DNA from: Verrucomicrobiota bacterium
Lineage (GTDB): Bacteria > Verrucomicrobiota > Verrucomicrobiia > Limisphaerales > AAA164-E04
NCBI GenBank assembly: GCA_047947115.1
Contig: CP170459.1
Span: 576,001 to 640,000, forward strand
Length of the DNA: 64,000 nt
Direction: 5' to 3'
The position numbers were made by a program, and so were the translations under genes. This document shows, piece by piece, positions 55,002 through 64,000 of this stretch. Numbering within the stretch: position 1 is the first letter of the stretch; every line of letters begins with the position of its first letter. The notes beneath the pieces are model-generated. The model was not told the origin of the DNA and ran no database searches. It saw only the letters and a list, made by a program, of their open reading frames with translations.

Positions 55002-56030
55002 ATGCCACTACAAGACCTGACACCCCAGATTCGCACTCGGCTCAACCGGGCCGAACGATTCGTCGGACTTTTTGTCGGGCTTGCGCTAATGGGATTGATT
55101 GGCGCATTTGGATATTTCATTTTTCATACAGCCAAACAAAAAGGGTGGTTTCTGACACAGGCGCGTTATTTTACCTATCTTCAAAGCGCTAATGGTATTT
55201 CCTTGGGAGACAAGGTCAAACTTATGGGTTTTGAAGTAGGGGAGATCACATCGATCGAAGCCATGCCGGCAAGTGATTGGCTTTATAACGTTTATGTGGA
55301 ATTCGTGGTGCGCAGTCCCTACCACGGTTATCTTTGGAAGGATTCCACCGTTAAGTTTGTGTCAGGAGATTTTCTAGGTAACCGCTATTTGGAGGTCACC
55401 AAGGGCTATGACGGAGAAGTTCTCTATAAGGAAGAAAACGGCAAAATTGTAGAATGGTGGGACGGAACAGAATACCTTCCATTCGAAAAGACCACTAAAC
55501 CGGTCTGGATCCGAGCTATCGAATCCAATGGGCTGAACAATCAGATCGAAGACATCCTGAAAGTGGTTCAGGAACAGCTTCCTAACGTTTTTGCGCTCAC
55601 AAACCAGCTGTCCATGACGCTCGACCACGCGAATCAGATGAGCACCAACGTCAACAACCTGCTCATCGAAACTCAGGCGGCCTCAAAGAACCTCGTAACC
55701 ATCACTGAAAACCTGAAGGATCCGAATGGTTCATTGGGACGCTGGTTGTTACCCGAGGATTTGAATCAGGACATTCATCACACCCTGCTTTCCGTGACAA
55801 ACACCCTCAGTTCAGCCGATACGAATATGACTCTTGCGGTGTCCAGCCTGAATATCAGCCTGAACCAACTCGCCACTCTCACCAGCAACTTCAACGCTCA
55901 GGTCCAGGCAAACACCAATATCCTTGGTGAAATATCTTCTCTAGTGGTCACCGCCAACGATTTCATGGAAAGCCTGCGTGATCACTGGCTTCTTCGATCT
56001 GCCTTCAAAGAAGACAAAAAGAAAAAGTAG
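55002..56030 (+). CDS. MlaD/MCE-domain protein
   Basis: TM, ANGISLGDKVKLMGFEVGEI, FLGNRYLEV, long helical tail, GSLG motif. Confidence 0.88.
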   Translation: MPLQDLTPQIRTRLNRAERFVGLFVGLALMGLIGAFGYFIFHTAKQKGWFLTQARYFTYLQSANGISLGDKVKLMGFEVGEITSIEAMPASDWLYNVYVEFVVRSPYHGYLWKDSTVKFVSGDFLGNRYLEVTKGYDGEVLYKEENGKIVEWWDGTEYLPFEKTTKPVWIRAIESNGLNNQIEDILKVVQEQLPNVFALTNQLSMTLDHANQMSTNVNNLLIETQAASKNLVTITENLKDPNGSLGRWLLPEDLNQDIHHTLLSVTNTLSSADTNMTLAVSSLNISLNQLATLTSNFNAQVQANTNILGEISSLVVTANDFMESLRDHWLLRSAFKEDKKKK

Positions 56031-56071
56031 TCTGAACCGGGTTCGCAGAGCATTCCCCCAACGCAATCACC

Positions 56072-56286
56072 AGGTAGCTCGGGTCGTCTCGACGCGAATC
56101 CTCAGGGCATCCATGTTACTCACTCATCTTCCAAAGGAACACCCAAGGATTCCCAAAAACCCACAACCACATCTCATCCGCCGGCGGGTTGAGTTGGGGT
56201 GTTGGATGCCCTGGCGTCTTCCTTCTCACGTCTTTTGCAGACATGATCGCCACAAGGGTTGCGCGGCGGGACGCCACACTCTACCT
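56072..56286. repeat. REPIN/MITE-like nested inverted-repeat element
   Basis: Imperfect 25-bp outer arms (AGGTAG.../...CTACCT), perfect 11-bp inner arms CAGGGCATCCA (56103-56113) / TGGATGCCCTG (56203-56213), and an internal CCGCCGGCGG palindrome. Confidence 0.55.
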
Positions 56287-56294
56287 TTGTGCTG

Positions 56295-59200
56295 TCATCG
56301 GGCGATGATCAGGCGGTTGTCCAGGGTCCATACATATATACGACTGGTCAGCGTTGGACTGACATTTGCCGAGTCCTGCATGACGATCCACCCCCGGATG
56401 TTTTCAGACTCCATACTCTCGAGCAACGCCGGATCTATTCCTGGTTCCAGACCAGGATCCAGGACCAGGATTTCAATGAAGTTGTGATGCCCCGGATAGT
56501 AAGTTTGCGAAAAGGTCGAACTCAGGGAAAATTCACCGTAACCTGCAAAATCCAACAGAATATCCTCCCACTCCTGCAACACGGGTGTTTTGAGAATCCA
56601 AGGAGTCTCACCTCGAATTTTGTACGAGCCAATGTAAAAATCACTAGTTACAGACAACCCACTTGATTTCGAATTGACGTTGCGCTTCCACGAAAAGTTT
56701 GGGAATCCACCGCCCAAGTTGACTGGATCTATGTCAGCCAAAGTGACCGAATCCTCGTGTGTGGTCCCGAAGTTTTCTCTGAACAAATCTATTTTCGGTT
56801 GAGCCGTGGCGTAACGGGCCGTCAACTCAATCTCGGCATCTCCAAGATTGAGGAACGGCGTGGTGCGTCGGCGAAGGTCGTAGAGAAAATTGAAGTGTAA
56901 CTGGTAGTCCACTCGCAAAGCATCTTCGCCCCAATACCAATCCACTTTCAAATCACGGCCGGACATGGTCACCTCAGCACCCGGAAGGTCGCTCATCAAT
57001 CCGTCATAATGAACGATCTTCCGGTTATGAACAAATTCCAGATCCACGTTCAAAAGGCCCGCAGGGTCATCCGGCAATTCATCCCCCACCAGCCCCCAAC
57101 TATGAAACTTCCACACCGACTTCAGGCGGTGACGCGCCATCATGTCACCGAACTCACCCTGCACCACCTCAAACGCATCCACATCGCTGAATGCAATGGG
57201 CAATGCCACCCCATCTAATGGTGAGACGGGAATCGCGCGAATCTGTTTCAACACGATGTTTCCGGGAGCCATTTTTTTGTATTCGAAATCCAGCAGCACT
57301 TCGGTTTTTGATTCAAAGTGATCCAGGTAAGCCCCGGACGCCTGAAGCATGAGTTCCGTGAGCAAACGGTAATCATCATGCCATTCCATAACCGTCGCCC
57401 CCAACTGCACCAAAGCGCTCCCCTGCACCAGTTCAAACTCCATTTCAACGGCGTTTGAAATTCCCACTCGCACGATCTCGGGCAGAGCAGAACGATCCGG
57501 ATTAGCCACGGAGACGGCCTCTTTTTGAGTGACGAGACTCCCTTCGACCAATACCGGCACACCATTCTCCCCGCGAGACACGCGCAAGGTAGCAACACCG
57601 TTCGCCCATTCGCCTTCATCTGGAAAACTGTGGTGAGCCAGGACAGCCATTCCGACCTCGCTCTCCTCCACGCCACGTCTCAGACGTTCAATGAAGGCGT
57701 TCTCATTGTAGAAACTCGCATACACTTTTTGGATGGCACGAAACACGCCTCGTTCCTTGTCCTTCGTTGGATCACAGTTACTGGGCCCCTCAGTATCCTC
57801 GTCCAAATCATCCGCCACGCAGCCACTGAAACTGTCATATAATCCCGCGCCGACAAATTGCTCACTGTCCTCCACATTGGTGGAACTGCGAAAACGGATT
57901 TTTTGATCACTGCTCATCGTTGACAGAGCATTCAGAATGGCTGTTTGCTGATCGGCACTGAATCGGGCTTTCTTTTCGATCAAATCACGTATCTCTCCCA
58001 AAGCAACCGCCAGCTCTCCCGGATTCTGAAGCGGAAATCGGAAACCCATTAATTTGGCATCAATGGTTGCCTTCAGGGATTCACCGCTTGCGAGGAGTTG
58101 CGACATGAAATCGTTCCACAGATCAAAAGTAAACGCAACCGCTTCTCCCGGGGAATGATCCGGTATGGATCTGAGCAAAAGACCAAGATTCGCCGCCTTG
58201 CCCCCGACTTTCCCGATGTCCCCGGGACTTAACTCGGAAACGGGCAAAGCTATTTCGCCTGCCAATTGAACCGGATTGTAGGCAAGAGGAGGCAACCGTT
58301 TCAAATCAAGTAATTGTGTCTTCTGATCCTCGCTCAATTGATTCCCAACTTTAAGTATTCGCACGTTCACACTCTTTTCATTCCGGCCGGCGATCAACAA
58401 GACATCCTCACCGACCCATTGCCTGATCTGAACCTGACGCGCGGTGTCAGCCAGGTATGCAAACGGCACACCAAATGATTGAGCCAAGATGGCGACATGC
58501 GAATTGGAGGTTGCCGGAGAAAGGGACAGGATGCCGGACACAGGTGGCACCTCTGCCGGAACATCATCGAGCACCAAAATGTCCGACGTTTTCAAATCAC
58601 CGTTGGCAAAAGCCTCCTCAAGATCTCCGGATGCCAGATATACCAATCTTCCCAAGGCCCAACCTTCGGCATAAAGCCCGTCCTGCGTCACCCAACGGGC
58701 CGGCGAGTCGACGACAACGCCGTTTGATACAAAAAGATCTGCAGCCGCACGAGTGGCTGCTGCCTGCTCGAAGGTCGGCATGTAAATCAAGCGAACACCT
58801 TCACCCAGTCGCACACGCATGGCCACCAGGTCCAGCCATTCAAGGACGGACTCCACAGGAAACGCTTCCCGACCGACAAACTGCACACCGACTTCCCGAA
58901 TGGATGGATCATCCGGAAACAACAAGCCCCCCAGCAACAACTCCTGAGTATCGGGCATCAAAGTCACCCGCTCAAACTCACCGGGTTCCATTTCGGCATA
59001 GGATGGCAGATGGGCTTTTGCAAAATCATAGTGAAAGGGAAATGTCCGGCTGTCCTGAAAATAAATGTGCCCGCCCCGATCCAATGCCATCGCAAATTTC
59101 ACCCACCCCAAATCACCGGCATGACGCGGCAAAGCCAGGAAAGGGGAGACATCCGGCCCCAATTGATTGGTCCAGTCAGAAGCCCGATCATCGGATGTTA

Positions 59201-59483
59201 AGCGAAAGAACCGTTGTTTCTGATTCCTTGCCTGAAGATCGGTATACGTATCGAAAGCTCCCCATGACCTGGCCCAATCCTGCCAACTTTGCAGATCAAC
59301 GGAGGATTCAAGCAGATAGTTTTTAACGTCGCCTCCTTCCTGATGAATGGTAATGGAGGCGTCATCAGGGCCAGGGTGAATGCGGAGCAATGGGGCTTTT
59401 TGAGCGAACAGAGCGGGCAAACAGACCAACCAAAGGTATCCAAAAATTCCAACGTGATGATGAAGTAAAAAATAACGATTCAT
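56295..59483 (-). CDS. putative exported PEP-synthase/water-dikinase-like protein (phospho-His domain plus PPDK_N ATP-grasp domain)
   Basis: Signal-like N-terminus (…LWLVCLPALFA|Q), SNSHVAILAQSFGVP, VGGKAANLG, RFRSSTNVED..FVGAGLYDS, VYASFYN, GMAVL, DFEY, KQIR. Confidence 0.8.
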   Translation of the reverse strand: MNRYFLLHHHVGIFGYLWLVCLPALFAQKAPLLRIHPGPDDASITIHQEGGDVKNYLLESSVDLQSWQDWARSWGAFDTYTDLQARNQKQRFFRLTSDDRASDWTNQLGPDVSPFLALPRHAGDLGWVKFAMALDRGGHIYFQDSRTFPFHYDFAKAHLPSYAEMEPGEFERVTLMPDTQELLLGGLLFPDDPSIREVGVQFVGREAFPVESVLEWLDLVAMRVRLGEGVRLIYMPTFEQAAATRAAADLFVSNGVVVDSPARWVTQDGLYAEGWALGRLVYLASGDLEEAFANGDLKTSDILVLDDVPAEVPPVSGILSLSPATSNSHVAILAQSFGVPFAYLADTARQVQIRQWVGEDVLLIAGRNEKSVNVRILKVGNQLSEDQKTQLLDLKRLPPLAYNPVQLAGEIALPVSELSPGDIGKVGGKAANLGLLLRSIPDHSPGEAVAFTFDLWNDFMSQLLASGESLKATIDAKLMGFRFPLQNPGELAVALGEIRDLIEKKARFSADQQTAILNALSTMSSDQKIRFRSSTNVEDSEQFVGAGLYDSFSGCVADDLDEDTEGPSNCDPTKDKERGVFRAIQKVYASFYNENAFIERLRRGVEESEVGMAVLAHHSFPDEGEWANGVATLRVSRGENGVPVLVEGSLVTQKEAVSVANPDRSALPEIVRVGISNAVEMEFELVQGSALVQLGATVMEWHDDYRLLTELMLQASGAYLDHFESKTEVLLDFEYKKMAPGNIVLKQIRAIPVSPLDGVALPIAFSDVDAFEVVQGEFGDMMARHRLKSVWKFHSWGLVGDELPDDPAGLLNVDLEFVHNRKIVHYDGLMSDLPGAEVTMSGRDLKVDWYWGEDALRVDYQLHFNFLYDLRRRTTPFLNLGDAEIELTARYATAQPKIDLFRENFGTTHEDSVTLADIDPVNLGGGFPNFSWKRNVNSKSSGLSVTSDFYIGSYKIRGETPWILKTPVLQEWEDILLDFAGYGEFSLSSTFSQTYYPGHHNFIEILVLDPGLEPGIDPALLESMESENIRGWIVMQDSANVSPTLTSRIYVWTLDNRLIIAR

Positions 59484-59525
59484 TTAACTGTATTAGCAAA
59501 CCAATACAGCCAACAACATCGATTG

Positions 59526-60764
59526 TCAAGCGGCGGAACTTAATGCATCGGTGGGTGGTTGGGATGAGTTGTCTTTGGCAGCCGAAGATTTGAGTGTGAA
59601 GAAGAAGGTGGATCCTTTTCCCAACTCGCTTTCAACCCATACACGCCCTCCCAGAGTTTGGGCAATGTGCTTGACGATGGACAATCCGAGCCCGGTGCCT
59701 CCCTGTGATCGCGAACGCGCTTTGTCGACTCTGAAGAACCGTTCAAAAATGCGGTCCGTTGCTTCTGAAGGAATACCCGGACCGTCATCTGAAATACTGA
59801 CACAGACCTGATCGTTACCGTTGCGCATCGCCCGAACCTCCACCTTGCCACCTGACTTTCCATACTTCACTGCATTGTCGATGAGGTTCAGCAGAATTTG
59901 CTCCAGGAGGTCGGCATCGGCTTTGACGAACATGTCCTTGGGCACGGAATAACTGACTTCGATATTTCTTTTCTCCGCGCTGCGTTGGAGATCCCCCACC
60001 ACACGGGAAATTTCAAGACACAGTCGCAGTTCCCGAAGATTGACGGTTGCCTGTCCGGATTCCAACTTTGAAATGGTCAAGAGGTCTTCGATCAGAAGAG
60101 CCAGTCGATCGGAATGCTTCTGCACTTTGCCAAGAAAACTGGTCAATGTTTCTTGATCCATGGAGGGATGGTCAATCACTGTTTCGACAAAGCCTTTGAT
60201 CATGGAAAGCGGTGTTCTCAACTCATGACTTACGTTGGCCACGAAATCTCGCCGGGCGCTTTCCAGTTCTTTCAGGCGGGTAAAATCATGGAATATCAAG
60301 AGGACGCCTTCCGGTTTGCCGGATGCATCGTGCACGACCACGGCATTGAGCATGAGGTGTTTGGATTCCAGTGCAGATGGATTCAATTCCACTCCCATGG
60401 TGCGGCCATTTTTGACGGTTCGCTCAAACACTTCATGCACCTCATGCAGACGAAGGGCTTCCAGTAATGTGATCCCATCAGGCACATTCTCCGGAATACG
60501 AAACAATTGCCGGATGGCCCGATTCATAAACACCACCTTTCCTGATAACTCGCAAAGCATGACCCCTTCTGCCATGGCGTCGAACACGGCATCGCGATGA
60601 TGCTCCATGTCGGCCCGGGTGGATACCAACTGTTCCCGGAGCATGGCCGCTTTTTCCTGGAAGGATTTTCCTTCCCTGCGAATGCGCACAATCAAAGCAC
60701 CCCACAATCCGGAAACAACCAACGCCGTCAGGGCCGCTACTGCAAATATCTGAAAACCACTCAC
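59526..60764 (-). CDS. phoR: PAS-domain sensor histidine kinase, PhoR-like
   Basis: TM, PAS, RRDFVANVSHELRTP, NAVKY, ERFFRVDKARSR..GGTGLGLSIVKH. Confidence 0.8.
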   Translation of the reverse strand: MSGFQIFAVAALTALVVSGLWGALIVRIRREGKSFQEKAAMLREQLVSTRADMEHHRDAVFDAMAEGVMLCELSGKVVFMNRAIRQLFRIPENVPDGITLLEALRLHEVHEVFERTVKNGRTMGVELNPSALESKHLMLNAVVVHDASGKPEGVLLIFHDFTRLKELESARRDFVANVSHELRTPLSMIKGFVETVIDHPSMDQETLTSFLGKVQKHSDRLALLIEDLLTISKLESGQATVNLRELRLCLEISRVVGDLQRSAEKRNIEVSYSVPKDMFVKADADLLEQILLNLIDNAVKYGKSGGKVEVRAMRNGNDQVCVSISDDGPGIPSEATDRIFERFFRVDKARSRSQGGTGLGLSIVKHIAQTLGGRVWVESELGKGSTFFFTLKSSAAKDNSSQPPTDALSSAA

Positions 60765-60797
60765 TCCTGTTATTCGTCTGGATTGAACGTACCTGTT

Positions 60798-61487
60798 TCA
60801 ATCGGTCGGTTCGACAAGTCGATATCCCACGCCTCTGACCGTTCCGATGTGGTTGGAAGCTTTTCCCAGTTTTTCACGCAGCCGTCGAACGTGGGTATCA
60901 ACAGTACGTGTATCAATCAATTGATCGTATCCCCACACGTCCTGCAACAACTGGTCTCTGGACTGAACACGGCCTTTACGTTCCATCAGAATCTGAAGGA
61001 GCCGAAACTCTGTGGGTGTCAGATCGACCACCTTACCCTCGACTCTGGCTTCGTGGCAGGGGATATTGATTTCCAAATCCCGCACCTGCAATCGCTCCAC
61101 CTCGCCTTCTGGTTCATCCTGGCGTTTGAGCAGATTTCGTATGCGCAGGATGAGCTCACGCGGACTGAATGGCTTGGTCACATAATCGTCCGCGCCAAAT
61201 TCAAGCCCCAATACCCTGTCAATTTCCGAAGCTTTGGCGGTTAACATCACCACCGGCAGTTTCGCGGTGGCAGGATCACGGCGTAAGATCTTGCAAACTT
61301 CCAGGCCGTCAATCTCTGGTAACATCACGTCCAGCAGAATCAAATCCGGCGAAAATTTACGCGCTTTTAACAAAGCCTCCTCACCATCTTCGGCCGTAAT
61401 CACATCGTAACCTGACGCCTTCAAATTGAAACGAATCAACTCAATGGAATCGGGCTCATCGTCCACAACTAGTATTCTTGCACTCAC
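60798..61487 (-). CDS. phoB: OmpR-family response regulator, PhoB/PhoP-like
   Basis: VVDDE, LDVMLP, MLTAK, GADDYVTKPFSPREL, RTVDTHVRRLR, TVRGVGY. Confidence 0.8.
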   Translation of the reverse strand: MSARILVVDDEPDSIELIRFNLKASGYDVITAEDGEEALLKARKFSPDLILLDVMLPEIDGLEVCKILRRDPATAKLPVVMLTAKASEIDRVLGLEFGADDYVTKPFSPRELILRIRNLLKRQDEPEGEVERLQVRDLEINIPCHEARVEGKVVDLTPTEFRLLQILMERKGRVQSRDQLLQDVWGYDQLIDTRTVDTHVRRLREKLGKASNHIGTVRGVGYRLVEPTD

Positions 61488-61522
61488 CGACTGTAAACTG
61501 CCACCGACGCGGTGGCCCTAAG

Positions 61523-61551
61523 GTGACGGAATTGTAACAAATGCGAAACAT
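61523..61551 (-). promoter_or_regulatory. Pho-box-like direct repeats
   Basis: Minus strand ATGTTTC-GCAT-TTGTTAC-AATT-CCGTCAC: 7-bp units at an 11-bp period resembling CTGTCAT, 35 bp upstream of the regulator start. Confidence 0.6.
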
Positions 61552-61605
61552 TAAATCCATTCAAGAAATCTGGACGAATGATGCAGTCCAGCTATAATCC
61601 TCTCC

Positions 61606-62946
61606 ATGAATCCCCGTCCCAACATGAATCGTCGCCGTTTTCTGGCATCGAGTGCACTGGCCGGAACCACTCTGGCCTTTCCGTGGATCTCCGTTCGCAA
61701 TGTTTTAGGCGCCAACAACAGGCTCAACATCGCGGCCATCGGAGCCGGAGGCAAAGGGGGTGTGGATATTGGTTATTGTGCGGGCGAAAACGTGGTGGCG
61801 TTGTGCGACGTGGACACCAACAAGGCGGCGGGAAGCATCAAAAAGTTCTCCAAAGCCAAGGTTTATCAGGATTTTCGGAACATGCTGGAGAAGGAGGAGA
61901 AGCACATCGATGCCGTCACCATTTCGACTCCGGACCACACCCATGCCCACCCCGCCATCCTGGCCATGAAAGCCGGCAAGCACGTATATTGCCAGAAACC
62001 ACTTACACATACGGTCGAGGAAGCGCGCATTCTGACACGCATCGCAAAGGAAACCGGCGTGGTCACCCAAATGGGAAATCAGGGACATTGTCATTCCGAC
62101 AGCCGACGGTTGGTTGAATTGATCCGGGCCGGTGTGATAGGAGAGGTCAAAGAAGCTCATATCTGGACCGATCGCCCCATCTGGCCACAAGGACTGACAC
62201 GCCCCGTGGAAGTTCAGACACCACCCGACACAATCGATTGGGATCTGTGGCTCGGACCGGCACCGGAACGTCCTTACCATGCTTCCTATGCTCCTTTCAA
62301 CTGGCGTGGTTGGTGGGATTTTGGCACCGGAGCGCTCGGAGACATGGGATGCCATAACATGGACGTGGCCTTTTTCGCTCTGGATCTGAAAAACCCGACC
62401 GAAATTTCAGGCGAGGGCGAGGGCATGACAGAGGAATCTCCCCCCAAATCCGCGACGGTTCACTGGAAATTCCCGGCCAACAAAGACCGGGGGCCAGTCG
62501 CATTAACCTGGTATGACGGCGGTCGCAAACCGGATCCATCACTGGTTTCATTGAAGGAACTCCCGGGCAACGGGTGCATTTTGATGGGCACCAAGGACAC
62601 CATGTATGTCCCAAGCTACTGGGGTGATGCCAACTTTTTATCCGGCGCCAAGACGAGTGATTTTGATCAAATCGACACCACATTGCCCCGATGGCCGGGT
62701 GGCGCTCAGGACAACGACAAAGCCCATCATCACGAATGGATAGCAGCATGCAAAGGGGAAGCCAGAGCTCTTTCGCACTTCGATTATGCAGGTCCCATGA
62801 CCGAAGCCGTACTGCTGGGGAATGTGGCGTTGAGAGCCGGCAAAAAAGTGGAATGGGATGCACACCGAATGAAGATCACCAACGATCCCCACTCAAACCA
62901 ATACATTTACAAAGCTTATCGCAAAGGATGGGAATTACCGTTGTAA
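61606..62946 (+). CDS. Tat-exported Gfo/Idh/MocA oxidoreductase
   Basis: NRRRFL, IGAGGKG, STPDHTH, YCQKPL, WDLWLGPAP, GDMGCH. Confidence 0.93.
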   Translation: MNPRPNMNRRRFLASSALAGTTLAFPWISVRNVLGANNRLNIAAIGAGGKGGVDIGYCAGENVVALCDVDTNKAAGSIKKFSKAKVYQDFRNMLEKEEKHIDAVTISTPDHTHAHPAILAMKAGKHVYCQKPLTHTVEEARILTRIAKETGVVTQMGNQGHCHSDSRRLVELIRAGVIGEVKEAHIWTDRPIWPQGLTRPVEVQTPPDTIDWDLWLGPAPERPYHASYAPFNWRGWWDFGTGALGDMGCHNMDVAFFALDLKNPTEISGEGEGMTEESPPKSATVHWKFPANKDRGPVALTWYDGGRKPDPSLVSLKELPGNGCILMGTKDTMYVPSYWGDANFLSGAKTSDFDQIDTTLPRWPGGAQDNDKAHHHEWIAACKGEARALSHFDYAGPMTEAVLLGNVALRAGKKVEWDAHRMKITNDPHSNQYIYKAYRKGWELPL

Positions 62947-62949
62947 CTC

Positions 62950-63234
62950 CTAGAAAATGTTAAGGTAATACTTGATGAACAAGGCGATCAACAAAACCGC
63001 CACGATGGTCCATGCCCATTGCATGGGGGATTTTCGTCGGGATTTTCCGCCCCCAAACTCTTCATCAACAAACGAATCGTAATCGAAGGCATCATCGTAA
63101 TCCACGTCGATCCGCTCGTACTTTGCCTTTTCCGACCAACCTGTTTCTTCGCAGGAGCCACACTGTGGACAAGCCTTGGCATCCGAAGGAACCTCCGCGC
63201 CACAGTTTGGACAATAGCCGTCTTGAGCAGACAT
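62950..63234 (-). CDS. zinc-ribbon membrane protein
   Basis: CPNCG-x8-CPQCG and a C-terminal TM. Confidence 0.75.
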   Translation of the reverse strand: MSAQDGYCPNCGAEVPSDAKACPQCGSCEETGWSEKAKYERIDVDYDDAFDYDSFVDEEFGGGKSRRKSPMQWAWTIVAVLLIALFIKYYLNIF

Positions 63235-63259
63235 GGTGGAATGTTTTCCGAGCAGTGGA

Positions 63260-63865
63260 TCACCCGCCAACGCCGGCGTACTCGATGTCAGTCGTTAGAT
63301 GAATGCCCATTAAAAGGTAATCATGGTGTTTACCCTGCATGTCCATGACGTACTTGGGAAAGCAGGCCAGATCACTGAATCCCAACATGGCAAAGACACG
63401 CATGGCTCTTTGCTGCTCAGCCACAAACTCCGCTTCCAATTTTTCCAATCCGAGCTGGCGTGAGACGCCAATGATCTCACCACCAAGGGAATAGGCCAGT
63501 CCACGACGGCGGAAATCGACATGCACAAAAACACTGATCCGGCCAATATGCCGCTTCCAACCGTATCCATTCTGATGAAGGGTGCAAGAAGCCAGAATTC
63601 GGCCCTCACTGTTGATGGCGATCAGAGGGAAATTCTTTTCTAAATCAATGTGACGACACCACCCTTCGATCACTTCCCGTTCCTGAACTTTGTGCTTTAT
63701 AAACAAACGCTCGTTCTCAGGAACGACTTGGAAAAATTCGAACAGCGCCTCGCTATCGCCGGACTCCAGGGGACGGACAGTCACCTGCAAGCCGTCTTTG
63801 AGAGTGATGTCTTTGGGAAAAGCATCAACAATCCCGTCTAATGGTGGAAAAAGGTCGGTCATCAT
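63260..63865 (-). CDS. GNAT-family N-acetyltransferase
   Basis: TLKDG..VTVRPL, VHVDFRRRGLA (acetyl-CoA motif A), LGF. Confidence 0.85.
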   Translation of the reverse strand: MMTDLFPPLDGIVDAFPKDITLKDGLQVTVRPLESGDSEALFEFFQVVPENERLFIKHKVQEREVIEGWCRHIDLEKNFPLIAINSEGRILASCTLHQNGYGWKRHIGRISVFVHVDFRRRGLAYSLGGEIIGVSRQLGLEKLEAEFVAEQQRAMRVFAMLGFSDLACFPKYVMDMQGKHHDYLLMGIHLTTDIEYAGVGG

Positions 63866-63910
63866 GAATCTTATGCTAAGAACCCGCTCCGATTCGGGGC
63901 AACGACAAAA

Positions 63911-64000
63911 CTACCCCACTTGAAGTCGGTCCATCTCTCCGGTCAAACCAAACTCGGACGCAAAATCCTTGGGTTCAACGCGCAACGGATCCAGACTCCA
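63911..64000 (-). CDS. 3' end of a gene entering from beyond the window
   Basis: Open frame WSLDPLRVEPKDFASEFGLTGEMDRLQVG* ending 46 bp before the GNAT start. Confidence 0.4.
   Translation of the reverse strand, partial: WSLDPLRVEPKDFASEFGLTGEMDRLQVG

Noticed and set aside
56295..59483. Annotation as ordinary ppsA/ppdK or rifampin phosphotransferase
   Set aside because: The domain order differs, there is no pyruvate-binding barrel, and there is a signal-like N-terminus.

Overview
This is a gene-dense bacterial window of roughly 52% GC (estimated by eye). The gene content points to a PVC-superphylum organism, most likely a Verrucomicrobiota member: DUF1501 plus PSCyt cytochrome, two DUF1080 genes, two prepilin/H-X9-DG genes, a sulfatase, DUF3568 and YHYH. 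About 50 CDSs mix housekeeping genes (hisH, queD, gap, ilvB, xseA, nth, hflX, ppk2, rhaB, phoB/phoR-like, mlaEFD-like) with accessory genes. I found no rRNA, tRNA or CRISPR array. Main points of interest: (1) a putative Pho-box phoB-phoR operon ending in a 1062-aa signal-peptide-bearing water-dikinase-like protein, with a phospho-His domain placed before the ATP-grasp domain; (2) a ~70-aa module shared by that protein's N-terminus and the C-terminus of an orphan octaheme (OTR-type) cytochrome; (3) an unannotated Val-rich leader-peptide attenuator upstream of ilvB; (4) a luxE-luxC-like pair without luciferase, upstream of queD; (5) an MlaF-like ATPase with nearly all catalytic motifs substituted; (6) a decaying islet at 46.7-51.2 kb with a frameshifted hybrid kinase and an IS1634 remnant; (7) a REPIN/MITE-like inverted-repeat element. 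All family assignments come from motif recognition by eye, not from database searches.
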